Source of the DNA: Chrysomallon squamiferum
Taxonomy: Eukaryota > Animalia > Mollusca
Assembly: GCA_012295275.1 (NCBI GenBank)
Contig: CM022670.1
Coordinates: 434,001-498,000, forward strand
Reading direction: 5' to 3'
DNA length: 64,000 nucleotides
Under the pieces are notes generated by a model. The model was not told where the DNA came from. It saw only the letters and a list, made by a program, of their open reading frames with translations, and searched no databases. Below are positions 14,751 through 28,642 of the stretch, one piece after another. Position 1 is the first letter of the stretch, and each line of letters begins with the position of its first letter. Position numbers and translations under genes: made by a program.

Positions 14751-15319
14751 TGGTTAATATGAGTCAAGTTTATCAACAGAAAGATAAGCTCTGCTGAAGA
14801 TGGTCTTTATGATTTATGATCGATAAACGTGTTTTTTTAATGTTTATTTTGTGTCATATTTCAGTTTTTGATTAGTTAATGCAGTAAAAAAAACCCGCCT
14901 AAGTTATAGATTTTATCATTAAAAAAGATAAAGAACATTCTATGAAGAGTACATACTTGTGTAGTTTCAAAGCGATAAAATGGCTTTACACAAAACAAAA
15001 ATTTATATATTTTTTTAACATTTAATCTATGGTCTTAGATAAGGATCAAATAAACGAAAAGAGAGGAAACTATTTTCTCACTGGAGATTGGTTTTCAGTT
15101 TTTGATTAGCGGCAAAGGTTCAAGGGATATCATGTACCACGACATTTGATAAATCTGTCGCGGAGCTCCAGATGGAATGGGCAAAAGACAATTGAGCGTA
15201 CTGGGGACAAATTACCTCGCGATAACCACAAAGCATATGACGTCTTTACTAATTATTATGACGTATGTATGTATGTATGTATGTGTTTATATATATATAT
15301 ATATATGTTTCTATATATG

Positions 15320-15849
15320 TATGTAGATAGGTATGTGTATAATAATAATAATAACAACAACAACACTAACAACAATAATAATAATAATAACAGTATAATA
15401 ATTATTATCAGTGACAACAAGAACAGCATCATCATCAACAACAACACTAATAATAACAATAACAACACTAATAATAACAACAACAACAACAACAACAACA
15501 ATAATAATAATAACAACAATAATAATATTAATAATAATAATGATAGGGCGTTTTGGTTAATCGGTAACTGGGTATATTCTGCATGTTCAACTTTTGACCA
15601 ACGAGTCTGCAGTTGTAAATGAGAAAATGAATTATTAACGATATGCCACACTCGCTATTTGACAGTCCGCATACCATCACTCATCATGCATTTCACATTA
15701 CACACAGCTCACAACCTCGTGTCCACTGTGTTTAGACAAGCATGAGATTCTCAAGAAGGGTCGTAAAGTATCTGACCAAGATAAATTAACATAAAAACAA
15801 AAACGACGCATACACTGATATTGTTACAGTCTTCGTGTGTGTATGTGTT

Positions 15850-15936
<87 letters not shown>

Positions 15937-16051
15937 GAGAGAGACATAAACACATACAAATATGCAAGTTATAGGATACAAATATACTGATAATCATACA
16001 AATATATGAATAAACATACATATATAAAATGATATATAAATACGAATACCC

Positions 16052-16131
<80 letters not shown>
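15320..16131. repeat. Cluster of (AAC/AAT)n, (GT)n(GA)n and (CA)n microsatellites
   Basis: Read directly. Source of the poly-N, poly-L and HT ORFs. Confidence 0.95.
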
Positions 16132-16136
<5 letters not shown>

Positions 16137-16525
16137 CTACACTTATACACAATTACAAAAAGAAGCCCAATCACAGACAAATACATAGAAATAATTACAG
16201 AGAAAAACCAGGAACTTCGAGTATCAAACAAATAACTCTTTCTGGAAACTGTCAATTGATTTCCTAATGGGTTGTATCTTGGCCATTTTAAGTCTTGGTG
16301 CCTGAAGCGGCGGAGAGAATTGCGTTTATTCACAATTTTGCGTTTGCTGTGTTGTGTCCTCGTGAATCTGGCAGAGTCGTCCACTGGACGTTTTGCCACG
16401 GGCGTCACAAATCTAGAGACGTGTCAATGCGAGGTTCACAACGTTTCCCTTTCAAACGAATGTTAGTTTGGCTGTCAATCAAATATTTTTTCGTTTCTTT
16501 TTCTTTTTCTTCTCTTTTCTTTCTT

Positions 16526-16568
<43 letters not shown>

Positions 16569-18097
16569 CTCTGAATTTTGTTGTTTATATACATAAATAA
16601 AACTAATATTTTTTTCTTTCTTTCTTTCTATCTATTTCAAAAAGTATTCTTCTTTTTATTTTTTTCTCTTTTTATTTTATTCTTTTTCTTTTCTTATATT
16701 AAAAAAAATTACTTTTTCTTTTATTAATTAATTAGGAGAATAATTCTCGGCTATCGATCAAATTTTTTTTTTTTTTTTTTTTTTCGTTTCATATTTATAT
16801 TTATTTTATTTTGATAAATCTACTAGCCGATTTCTTTTTAGCTTTTGATTTGTTTTTATAAATAAATAAGATGATATTTGTTTTGATGACTGTCGATCAG
16901 TTTTCTTTCTTTCTTTATTTATTTCTGTATTTAATTTTGTTTGTAAATAAATGTGTCGAAATTTTGTTCTTCTGGCAATGTTTTTTTTTTAATCTTTGTT
17001 TTTAATTTCCTTCTTTTCTTTACTGAATAAGGTTGATTTTTTTTTTTTTTTCGTTTTCACTTTTCTTTTTATTAACTTTTGCTAATAAATATAATATTTA
17101 TTAGTTCGGCATTCACTACAAATTTCTTTTCTTTTCTTTTATTTTTTTTTATTTTGCCACTTCTTTATTTTAAGTTTGTTAAATAACTAAGGAAAACTTC
17201 TTGTTTTTTAAATAATTATATCAAATATTTGTTTCTTAATTTTGTTTTGTTTTTGTAAATTTGTAAAATGAATTTATTTAACTGTTGATAAAAAAAAAAA
17301 TCTTTTAGCTTTTTCTTTACTTTTGTTTTTATAATATTTTTGTAAAAAGGCAAATACATTTTCGGTATTTAATCAGAATTTTTCTTTTACTACAATTTTT
17401 TTTTTTTTTTTTTTTAATTATTTTCTGTTTTTTTGCTACTTTTCTTTTTCATCCTGTGGAATGATCGGTGTATCATTTTAAACTGCAGAAACTTAGATTT
17501 GTGTTTCTAAAATACGTATCCCCTAAAGCATTGTCAGCAGATTTTGTTTTGTTTGAATTTGTTCGAGCCAACTGCAGCTGTGTCCAACAGTTTGTTAAAA
17601 ATCTTCAAAATCTTTTGCTTTTTTCCTATTTCGATTTATTTTTAATTCTATTCTGAAAGTTTTGTTAAAAAATAATCCAATTAGAGCCAAAAAAAGAGAG
17701 CAAAAGAGCGAAAATGTCTCAACAAAAAATAAAAAAAAAAATAAAAAAAAATAGGTAGAAGAAAAAACAAAAGAAAAAAGAAGAATATTTTCAATTAAAA
17801 ACAAACATTATTTTCCTTTGATATTAATTTCAGATGTCATCACTGTTAATATATGAGTTTTATTCGTTTATTTCTTCCTGAGTCACATTCCACGAGGACA
17901 TTAGAATGTGCCGTGACGGACCAAGCTTGTTAGTTCTCCAATTTGTGCTAACCGATGTTTGAAATAGGAACACGTACGTACTCTAATTTATTTTGTGTTC
18001 TCCCAAACAGACAGGGCATATTGATCGATAATACAGACTCACTGGTAATGTAAAACCATTACACTTCTTATAACAAAGTCCCAAGTCTCATACGGCT

Positions 18098-18114
18098 CTG
18101 GGATCGAATCCCAG
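18098..18114 (-). mobile_element. tRNA T-arm/B-box-like relic, probably a decayed tRNA-derived SINE
   Basis: Minus-strand CTGGGATTCGATCCCAG stem-loop without a full cloverleaf. Similar relics lie near 38870 and 55660. Confidence 0.3.
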
Positions 18115-18376
18115 TAACTCTACATTTGAGTGCTTAGAAAATAATCCATTAATGTATTGCTTTATCTATTAATTTGGTGATGCTAATATTATACTATATA
18201 TATATTGTTTTATTAATTGTTTCATGTTTTTACTTTTATTTAAAATATAGTAATTAATCTTGTATTTTGTTTTAATTATTAATTAATAAATACATTTTAG
18301 ATCTTTGCACAGTTTTTCTTAGAGATCTGTGGTTCTTTTCTGGATTATTTTTATTTTTAATTACAGAATTCTTAAA

Positions 18377-18510
<134 letters not shown>

Positions 18511-19021
18511 AATCATATCGTCTTTTGCCCAAGACATCATGTGTTGCAAGGTTAATTTCACTGATATTGCCCATTGTTTATTTTCATATTAGGTGATGTG
18601 TTTTATACTGTCTGTGGGAGGGTAAATCATAGCTGAACCATTACTGACAACTTGCATACACAGAACATAAAACATTGGCTGCAGGTTTCCTCTTTCAAAT
18701 CTTCATTTTACATATTGTCATGTTTGATATGTAATAAGGTATTTGTTAAAACAGCTGGAAGTATTAATCAACAAACATTTCTTTTTTTCATATTCACCAC
18801 TTACTTTGATTAATTTTTTTCTCCGAAAACTGAGAACTGTTTTTATGTTTCATGGGTGTTTGAAATTTATCAAGAGAACTCTTCAGTCAAATCCTTTACA
18901 CGGTTGCTGCTGGGACAACGTAACTGGGAACGTACAGTTTCAAGTGACCTGTTTTCTTCTTACTGCGGACACGACTGAACTGGGAATATTGGATTGCACA
19001 GCGAAGATTTAAATCTTTAAG

Positions 19022-19174
19022 ATGGAAACGTTGGCATCAGCGAGTCGCCACTTCAATACATTGATCCTTACGAAATCGAGAAAACCCTTGGGCTTGGATT
19101 ATAATAAATGGGCCGGCTGCATTTGGTTCCAACAGTCGAAGCTACAGAGAATTTCTTTTCAGTTTGATCCAGTG
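19022..19174 (+). CDS. Candidate first coding exon (METLASASRHFNTLILTKSRKPLGLDYNKWAGCIWFQQSKLQRISFQFDPV, phase 0), product unknown
   Basis: Strong start context AAGATGG, about 165 nt of ATG-free leader, and 51 open codons ending at donor GTG|GTAAGT (19175). Confidence 0.35.
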
Positions 19175-21837
19175 GTAAGTGATTAAAACTACAAACGTCA
19201 ACAAATTGATTCATTTTGGATTTCGATCATTAGGAATGTGATATGAACGTGTGATATATTTTCGTGGTGATCGTTATTTCATATCTTGTGCATTCTACAT
19301 GACGAATTATTATTACGATCACTGGTGTCGACTTTATGGTAATCAAAGAATATTTAGCATTGTCGTTGTCAGAATCGGTAATCATACAGAGACTATTTTC
19401 TCATTTTAATTTTTATAATGTTGAGGTTGGTGCCGTACATATGGTTTCCTTTCTCTTGATTAGTGTAATGCTGTACTAATTTAGACATCTGTCTGTTGCC
19501 ATGATTATTTAAGCATCGTGTGCGCATGTCATTTCGAGTAAGGAGAGATTTCCTTAATTCTATTTAGGACGTCAGTAAATGCGCAGTTTACTCTAATGAT
19601 AATATCAGTAACGCTGTTTATGCATTTCTAAATATAGACGGATAAACTGGAAGTGAATGCACACACGAACATATAAATAAGTATTTATAGAAACACGACT
19701 TGTACTGAAATAGCCATACAGATAGACATATGCAAGGATATATAAATTTGACATGTATCCACATAAAAGCAAGCAAACACATGTATACATATACATACAC
19801 AGACGTTTTTATTCATTTATTTATTATACTTGTCTTTTTCAGTTTTCATAACCAATCTATATTCATTTTATTTGCGAATTCAAATACGTACGACATGAAA
19901 TTATGTCCTGTCACGATAACACATTACATTCAATGTTCTCTTTAATTATCGAAACTACAAGCGTCGCCAAGAAGGGTTAGCAAGGACCTCGATTACCATT
20001 TTCAGCTCTTCTGTGACAGTAATGTTGAACAGAAAGGAAAGAAAGCAAAAACAGCATTTCCTTTCTAAGACTGAAACCTTCATTCTTTTTTTTTTTTTCA
20101 TGATGTAAGAGCTTTTCTTTTTTTCCTTTCCAATTTAAATTTCAATCATTCTTTCTTTCTTTTTTTTTTTTCTTTAATAATCATATATTTAATATTTCTG
20201 CCATTCTTTATTTTTCTATTTTAAACTGTCTTTTCACCGCTATTTATTTGATTTAAAATTTCTGTCTTATGATTTTTATTATTCCTCCCCACAATACGCT
20301 TTCTGTCTTTTTCTCAGAGATATATTTTTCATTCTTCGAGTTAATTTCTTTATTTTCTCAATTTTTTCACAGATGCATCCCAAAATCCTTCATTCATCCA
20401 TCCATCTATTCATTCTTTCATTCATATTTCCTTTCTTTGATTTTTTCTCTTTCTACTTTCTTTCTAACATTATTTCTTCCTTCGTTACTTTATCCTACAT
20501 CTTCCTTCTTTTTTTTTTTTCTGTTGTAAGCTCTTTTCCATTTCTTCTCATACTTAAATTTCCTTTTAATCTTTCTCTGTCACAAACTACATTTCTTTCA
20601 TTTCCAAGGTATGAGGATAAAACCGAAGATTATAAATTAAAGAAAATATTTTGCGCTGTAATTTAAATATTCTTTGATTTCAAGAAGTCACAAGTCTGCT
20701 TTGCCAGAGGCAAACTGATGACCTAGATCAATAACAAAACTAATATGTAGAAAATAGTGGGTTTTTAAAAAAACAACAAAAAAAAACATTTTCGAGCGAA
20801 TGTTAAGTCGAATGACGTCATTTCGTTGACGAATCTTGAAATAGCAAGAGATTACCTATAGTTGCGGAAACAGATACGGTAAACATATTTCTGTATTCCT
20901 AAGGTAAATTTTTGTTTTTCAATCTAACATTCTAACACAATAACCCCAATACTAATGTTGTCAGATAACTTCAACTCTGGTTTGTTTTATTTACCAAGTC
21001 TTCGGTAGAACAGGCAATAGGTGAATCTCTGACCACACTTTTGTAATAATCATCAGCCCCGACTAGAATATTAAAACTTTTTCGTCCCTACACAAGCCTT
21101 TGCAGCAAATTCAATATGAAAAACGAAATCTCTGGGACAGTTAATTTGTTTTGAAAGCAATTAAGTAGGAAATGACTAAGATACTTGTGAAAAATAATCA
21201 ATGCAAACGGAATTAAATACGTAATATTCTTGATATAATTTCAAATGTCTTCGTTTATTGCAATTTTATTTGGAAAGATTCGTATGAGAAAATTATTTTC
21301 CATTTTAGAATCGATGTTGTCTACTTTTTGATCTTTGTCTGAAGCTTAAAACTATTTGGGTAGCGGTTGTGGTTAAAACAAATATTTGTGGTGGGGCCTG
21401 GTTGAAATACTAAACTCTGCTGATTAAATCTTTTTGCTCATATTACTTAAATATAATAATAAGTATTCTAAATCCGGGTGATACAGTTTGAAGACTATTC
21501 TGAGATGGCACTGGTGTTGGTTAAATAAATATCTTCTGAAATGTTGGATGGTTCAAACATTATTTCTGGGTGAAAGTTGTATAAGACAATATTTGGCGTC
21601 GTGGTTGTTGGCGACATCCTTTGACACAGACTAATTAATAACGTTTGGATGGGGCTGACTGTGTAACACAACAAGCTGTGGTGGTTAAACCAGAGTTATG
21701 AAGGTGAAAATCTGCATGCAAGGAGTGATATGAAACTCGATGTTTTTGTAAGGGTTGGTTACTATTACTTCCTATTTTGCAGTGATTTCGTGAATTAAGA
21801 AGAAGCAGAATTTCACACTGACGTTGTATCGCTTTAA

Positions 21838-21885
<48 letters not shown>

Positions 21886-22150
21886 AACTACTATAACTAC
21901 TACTACTACTAATAATAATATGATCATAACAACAACAAAATGATACTTCTACTACTACTACTGCTACTGTTACTACTACTGCTACTACTATTACTACTAC
22001 TACTACTACTACTACTACAACTACTATAACTACTACTAATAATAATATGATCATAACAACAACAAAATGATACTTCTACTACTACTACTGCTACTATTAC
22101 TACTACTACTACTACTACTACTATTACTACTACTACTACTATTACTACTA
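21838..22150. repeat. (ACT)n repeat containing an internal ~130-bp duplication
   Basis: The block aataataatatgatcataacaacaacaaaatgatacttct occurs twice within act runs. Confidence 0.9.
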
Positions 22151-22689
22151 AATAGTAATAATAATAAAATATTCACATAACATATCGATAATTCTCTCAA
22201 TCGAATTAAATCTTTAGTGGAATAAAATGCTCTGTAATTATTGATCGGGCTATTTGTTTAAAGTACGAAAGCTCAAACCCGATTATAACTACTCGGGCGC
22301 GCTCACGTCACATTACTTTCACTCGGCTGGATTCGGCTGACATCGGAAAACATTATACATGGCACTAACTAACCGAATATAACTAGATTTCTCTCCGAGT
22401 AGGCGCATCGTCAACTCGCGGAATTCATCCGAGTCGTAGCTAAAATTTATCAGGCTGCAGCACATTTCCAAGCCCGTCAGATGGAAATACTTACGACGAC
22501 ATTAATAACGTTAGCACGTCGAGACAAACCGAGAACTCGGACCTATAGGAAACAAACGGCGGAGATAATGTTTGAAATTAGCCGAGCCACAGGTCTGAAC
22601 TGGTCTTCAAGAAACAGCATTAGCTTACATCGGGGCTGTATTAAATCGATACGGACAGACAGACAAACAGACACGTAAACTGCAATTTG

Positions 22690-22975
22690 CGACGTTTATG
22701 GAAGGACATGGGTTCGAAGCTTAATGCTTTATTAGTTTAGCATCTGGGCTTTATTATCGTTAATTTAAAGTTTGGCTTGTACGGGATAGTTAGCTAGATG
22801 AAAACTTCAGTTCTGCGGCGTCTATGGAAGGACACGAGTTTGAAGTTTAGGCTGCTGTTTGTTTAACGCTGGGTGGAATTAAGTTAGACAGGACAGATAT
22901 GTAAAAGGATTTACGTCATAGCTTGCTAGTGGAAGAACGTGGGTTCGAATATTGATTATATATTAGTTTAGTGTT
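22690..22975. repeat. Three diverged ~105-126-bp units with a GGTTCGA B-box-like core
   Basis: ggaaggacatgggttcgaag-like motif at about 22700, 22825 and 22930. Confidence 0.6.
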
Positions 22976-23298
22976 AATCCTATAATTACCACACGAAACC
23001 AGTTAAATAATTAAAAAAATAGAATATAAATAAACAGACAAATAAACAAACGAAAGATAACACTTTTATGCGCAAGACCGGGGATCGTATATAGTACATA
23101 TTGATGTTTTATTACGTCAGCTGCAGTCAGTTAAACACGTTTTAAATGTCAAAGAGAACTCTTCTGTGACTTTGATGGCACTTGAATTTAATTTTTGTTT
23201 TTTATTAATCGATTGTGACGAATATATGTTTTATTTATTTATTTATTTATTCATTGTCTGATTCTTTCCTTCCTTACTCACTTGCTTTCTTCGTTCTT

Positions 23299-23338
<40 letters not shown>

Positions 23339-24144
23339 TTATTTATTTATTTATAGCCTTTAGGGAAGACTCGTTATCATGATCATGTAATTTACTGTAA
23401 AGACAATAAAGGCCAAATATACAAACACAAATGACTTAGTTCTTACGCTAACGGCATCCGGGTCGTCCTGAAATAAAATATCAATGCAGAGCAAACTGCT
23501 TGTAAATTTCATTACACCGTTATTTGCAAATTTCGTTACAGCAGAGCTGATTTTTGTAAATTCCGTTATAGTGGAATTCTTGTTTTGTAAATTTTTCATG
23601 CATTCAGTTGTAAATATCATTAACAAGTGAAGTGTTAATTTTGTAAACATCGTCAGAATGAAGTTGTAAATATTAAATTGATTTGTAATGACAGATAAAT
23701 TGTTGCAAATTATATAGCGCAGTTTTTGTAAAATTTATTACGTAATATCTGTTGTACGTAGCTGACAAATCGTGATGAATCGTGCAATCAGATACTCTAG
23801 TGGTTTCATTTCCCGTTCCACATTTTACTCCACAATCGATATAGCAAAGGCGGTGGTATTTACCTTCAAAGCTAGGACAAAATTTATTTTAAAAATCTGG
23901 TTTCAGTAAATGAACAGTTGTTGAAATTACTCCACATCCTTTGTCTGTGATTTTTGTTTTGTTTAAAATTTAGATATAATTAATGAATAATAGACGTATA
24001 TATTTGTGTATGAACGAATTATTGCATAAATGAAAAAGAGAGAAATAAAGAGAAAAATGGAGCTGAAGGTTACTGAGAAAGACATGGACAAAGAAAATGA
24101 GAGAGACTGAATAAATTTATTGAACAAATAAATATCTTAGATAG

Positions 24145-24217
<73 letters not shown>

Positions 24218-25481
24218 AAGAAAGAGGGAAAGAGAGAAGAACCAAAAGCCATTAAATAACAGTATAGTTTTATCACAGTTAAATACGATTAATGAATAAA
24301 TCAGTTTCGCTGTATAGACAGCAAGATAATTTATTTCCCTAGCTGGTTAAAGCGCCAAATCGATACGTTCTGCTAAAAACCTACATCGGCGGCTTTTCGG
24401 AAACTGCGCAGGAACACGAAGCCGACTCGTGATGCGGAGGTTTCTGTAGATTCTGCAGCACGAAGCTGTCTCACTTCTAGAGTACAGGGCAGTCTACTCG
24501 CCACAGCGTCTGGGGAGTGGAAAACAAAACAAATGATGTTTTAAGTCAGATCTTGTGGTTTTTCCCATCTTCTTAATGTTTTACGAATACTGGATAGAAA
24601 TTTAATTTAGAAAAAAATTAATTTAAAAAATACTAGGATCCCTCTTTCATTCTGTTTCTCTGTCCTTGTCTGCCTTTCGACCATCCATCCATAAAAACTA
24701 CTTTTATATCCGTCTACCAACAAATCTTTCTGTTTATTTATTTACGAGTCTACGAGACCGTCATTCGGTCTATACATCCGTCAGCCTCACGAGACTGTCT
24801 GTCATTCTGTCTGTGCATCCATCAGTATCTCCATACCCCTATCCGCAAATCTACTTTGTGAACTGTCCTCCTGTACTCTAATGATTTTAAAAACCAGCTT
24901 CTGATTTGAGACAGTAGACATGTACGTATCACGCACATAAACACAGTGCATGCTAATACATCCATTAAGACATGCCGCATATTCTCGAATTAATCAACGT
25001 CTTACCAGTGTAATAAAATATCAACAGGCTTAAAAGCCTTCGATCTTAGTAAATCCTGCTGCTGTGAAACTGAGAATCAACCTTTATCAGGGGCACATCG
25101 AGCATTTCGGAAAGAGAGAGGGTCGCTGGTCTTGCGCTGAACTCTGAGTTTTCTCACAAGCAACAATACGGAAGCCCCGTCAAATCGTGCCACTAACTTG
25201 AAACATGCTTTGTAGCTCGGAAACCTTTTAAGTTGTGAAAGAGGGCCAATTAGAAGCCATTTCCAACCTCGATACATTACCCACTAAAATGATGTTAACC
25301 CTTTAAGTGTTACAGCAGAAAGTGAGTCAAGAGTGTCATGTGGATTTGTTGTTACAGAACTCGTCCGAGACATCGCTGTTCTCAAGATCAAATCTTCTCA
25401 TTGTTCCTTCTGGACTTTTTATCCATTCCAGCTAGGGTATCAGAAATAATTTGTCTTGAGTAAGATTCCTTCATTTTCATT

Positions 25482-25516
<35 letters not shown>

Positions 25517-27629
25517 TTGAAGTTTAAGATTAACTTTGAAAAAGGAGTATTTTTGTGTGTGTATTATTAATATAGATGATTAATATTTTTTTCATATTTC
25601 TTATTTATTTAACAAATATGTGTAATTACTAGGTTTAAGTTCATACTACTACTACTACTACTACTACTAATAATAATAGTAATAATATTGAAGATGATAA
25701 TGATGATAATGATAATTGTAATACTGATAATCGTAAATAATGAAGACGGTGTAGAAAAGTATGGTAACACTGTCACGTATGTTAAAGAGATACTAACAAA
25801 TCTAACCAATCAAATCAAGACAGAACATGACCAGACAAAACAACGAAACATAAACAAAACAAACAACCAAAGAGAAAATAAGTAAATAAATAAATAAATA
25901 AATAATATAATAAGTAAGTAAATATATACAAACACACATAAATAAATAAATAAATAAATGAATGAATGAATGAATGAATGAATATATAAATAATAAAAAG
26001 TACTAAATATTATATAAAAAGTAAGTACTCAAGAACTTTGTAAGTTAACAAAACTGTCATCGATATTCTATTTGTCTTTACCCAGTGCAGACGAGAACGA
26101 AACATTCTGCAAACCACACCTCTGTGTTTCACCAGCATTAATTTTACGTCTTTCGTACAAGAACAAGGGCAAGAACGTTCACCCCGTTGTCCTGTTTTCC
26201 TCGTTCCTCATCGATAAGCAGCAGCGATCGATGCGTTTCATTATATAAATTATTATGATATGAAGTATTCAAGGCATGTTTTATGCATGGGGAGATTTTT
26301 CATTCTGCTGTGGACACTGTGAGTTAAAACGATCGCGACTTTCTGTGCAGAGTTAGCCGAGGAGAGAACAGTGAGGTATTGAAGATGTCCATTTGCATGA
26401 CAAAGAATCGTATGACGTAGCAGTGGTCAGGCTGCGGGAGCCAAACGATGACCACTGGTTCACCCCCAAATTCATTTCAGTGTTTAAACATGTAAAAGAG
26501 ATGAAAGTTCTGGGATGAAAGTCCAAATAGGAGTTTCTTTTATGTGGAAGAAGGATGGTGCATATAGGTTGTTTGTTAACAAATATTAATTATATGTGTG
26601 TGTTTGTGTGTGTGTGTGCCTTTGTATATATATGTATGTGTATATGCATATGTGCGTGCATGTATATATATGTATGTACGTAAAGGTTTATATATGTTGA
26701 TATTTTTATATATTGTGTGTATATAATAATAATAGTAAAAAGAATAATGTAAAATATAGTAAATGTTATGATGCTGAAGAAGAGAAAGGAAGAAAGGAAA
26801 TGAAATGTATGAAAATAAACAAATAAGTAAGTAAGTAAGTAGGTAGGTAAATAAAAAAAAATAAAAAATTTAGTTTTGTTAGATTTCCGAAGTTAAAATG
26901 TATTATATTAAAATTTGTTAGTAGTATTTCAAATTAACTTTACTAAGTCAGCTTTGTTCTCTCCAAGAAGATAAAATCATTTCTTACACGCGTTCTGTAA
27001 TTTTCTTTTTCAATGGCGGAACTTCCGCTTAGCTTCAACGCTTTGTCAACGAACAGTAGCGCGAGAGAACGTGTTACGGACCAGACCATAAAATCGTTCA
27101 GCTTGCTGGCTTGAAACAGAATGATTTGTTAGTAAAGCCATGATTACACTGTGCTACTAGCTCTATACGATCGAATCGTACTATAAGGTTACATAATCGT
27201 AACATTAGAATATAGCGACGTTAAGACTTAGCGATTTGGCGAAGCGATTAAAACCTGACGATCGAATGGTGTTGTGAAAATACTAAATAGAAGCGACCTT
27301 ATTTTACAGTGACATTGTTGCTATGTAATACTCTGCAAACATCTAAACTATAAAAAAAAAACATTGCTCAGGGTAATCAGAACGGTTGAATCGTAACGAC
27401 TAGAAAACGATTTTCTAATACAAATTGTAATAAATATATTGAACTATCCGAATTTTTTTTTTTTATTAAATATTTTATTTATTAATTTTTTATTATTATT
27501 ATTATTTTTTTTTGTATCTTCTTACATATAATTCCGATTATTTTGTTACCTTTTTCTTTCCTTCTGTTTAAAAGAATTATGGTATTGTTGTTGTTGTTGT
27601 TTTCAAAAAAAAAAAAAGGATTGTAGTGA

Positions 27630-28400
27630 GAAGGATGCTTAATATTCGCTATAGTTTCTGTTACTGTTTGTTAGTTATAAGTCGCTTAGTATGAACACTG
27701 CTTAACCTTAACTCGATAGTAATTACTTTATAAAAACAACAAAGTGTTACTATACGTTACTTAGTGTCAAGCTGATGATTCGATAGTTAATTATTTTCTA
27801 TTTCAACGCGGGAAGATGTTACTGCAAGTCGCACAGTGTGAATGCTGCTTAGCTCGGTAATATTCGCTGCAGCTAATTATTTTCCGTTTTCATTGTCATC
27901 CGACTCGCCCTTAATTAAGAGGATTTCACAGCAAAGATAAAAAGAGGTCAGAGTGACTTTGAAACCTGGTTATATACATAGTTTAGATTCAGTCGCAGTA
28001 AGGTGTCATTAGCACACGTTATATAACATCGACTGACTGACGTCTGACGGTTTGCTGGATCAAATCCCGTGTGTTCTGCTGCTGGGCGATTTCTCGATAT
28101 AACTGATTTATCAAACACTGTGATACACAGCAGTTTGCTTTGTTTTGAAGGAAGATGTCAATATTACTAGCTGCTAATCTGCAACTGTAGTGTTTCAGCA
28201 AAAAACCAATTAACTGTAGCGATTACTGCGGGCTTAAGGAACATTCAGACTGTTCGATTTATGCGGACAACTCAAAGTGTTTAAACATAACAGTAATTAA
28301 CTGCAGTGACTTCTGTCGAATCACACATTTTCACACCATGCGACTTGCAGTAACACTAGAATTCACACTGTGGAGCTTATGGTAACACCATGCTGTAATT
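27630..28400. mobile_element. Foldback/MITE-like relic with modular inverted arms
   Basis: 27817-27842 and 28330-28355 are inverted repeats matching at 24 of 26 positions. Further inverted modules occur at about 27848-27880 versus 28208-28238. Confidence 0.5.
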
Positions 28401-28589
28401 AGAAAGAAATCATCAACTCTTGGATGGTTATTAGCTGGGTTTTTTTTTTTTTTTTCTGTTGCCGTTATGCACAATCTTTATCTTTAATACAAATAATGTA
28501 ATAAATAATTTATTCATATAAATACGTGTTGCAGTGATTTAGTTTTCATGCTTTCATATCATCACTGTACCGTTTATATACGTGTTTGA

Positions 28590-28642
<53 letters not shown>

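Noticed and set aside
19021-19104. Alternative frame YEIEKTLGLG resembling a kinase subdomain I
   Set aside because: A stop codon follows immediately and no other kinase motifs are present.
26375-26520. Frame reading YDVAVVRLREP, like the trypsin-family Asp motif
   Set aside because: It is bounded by stops, lacks a good acceptor or donor, and no His or Ser motif exons were seen.
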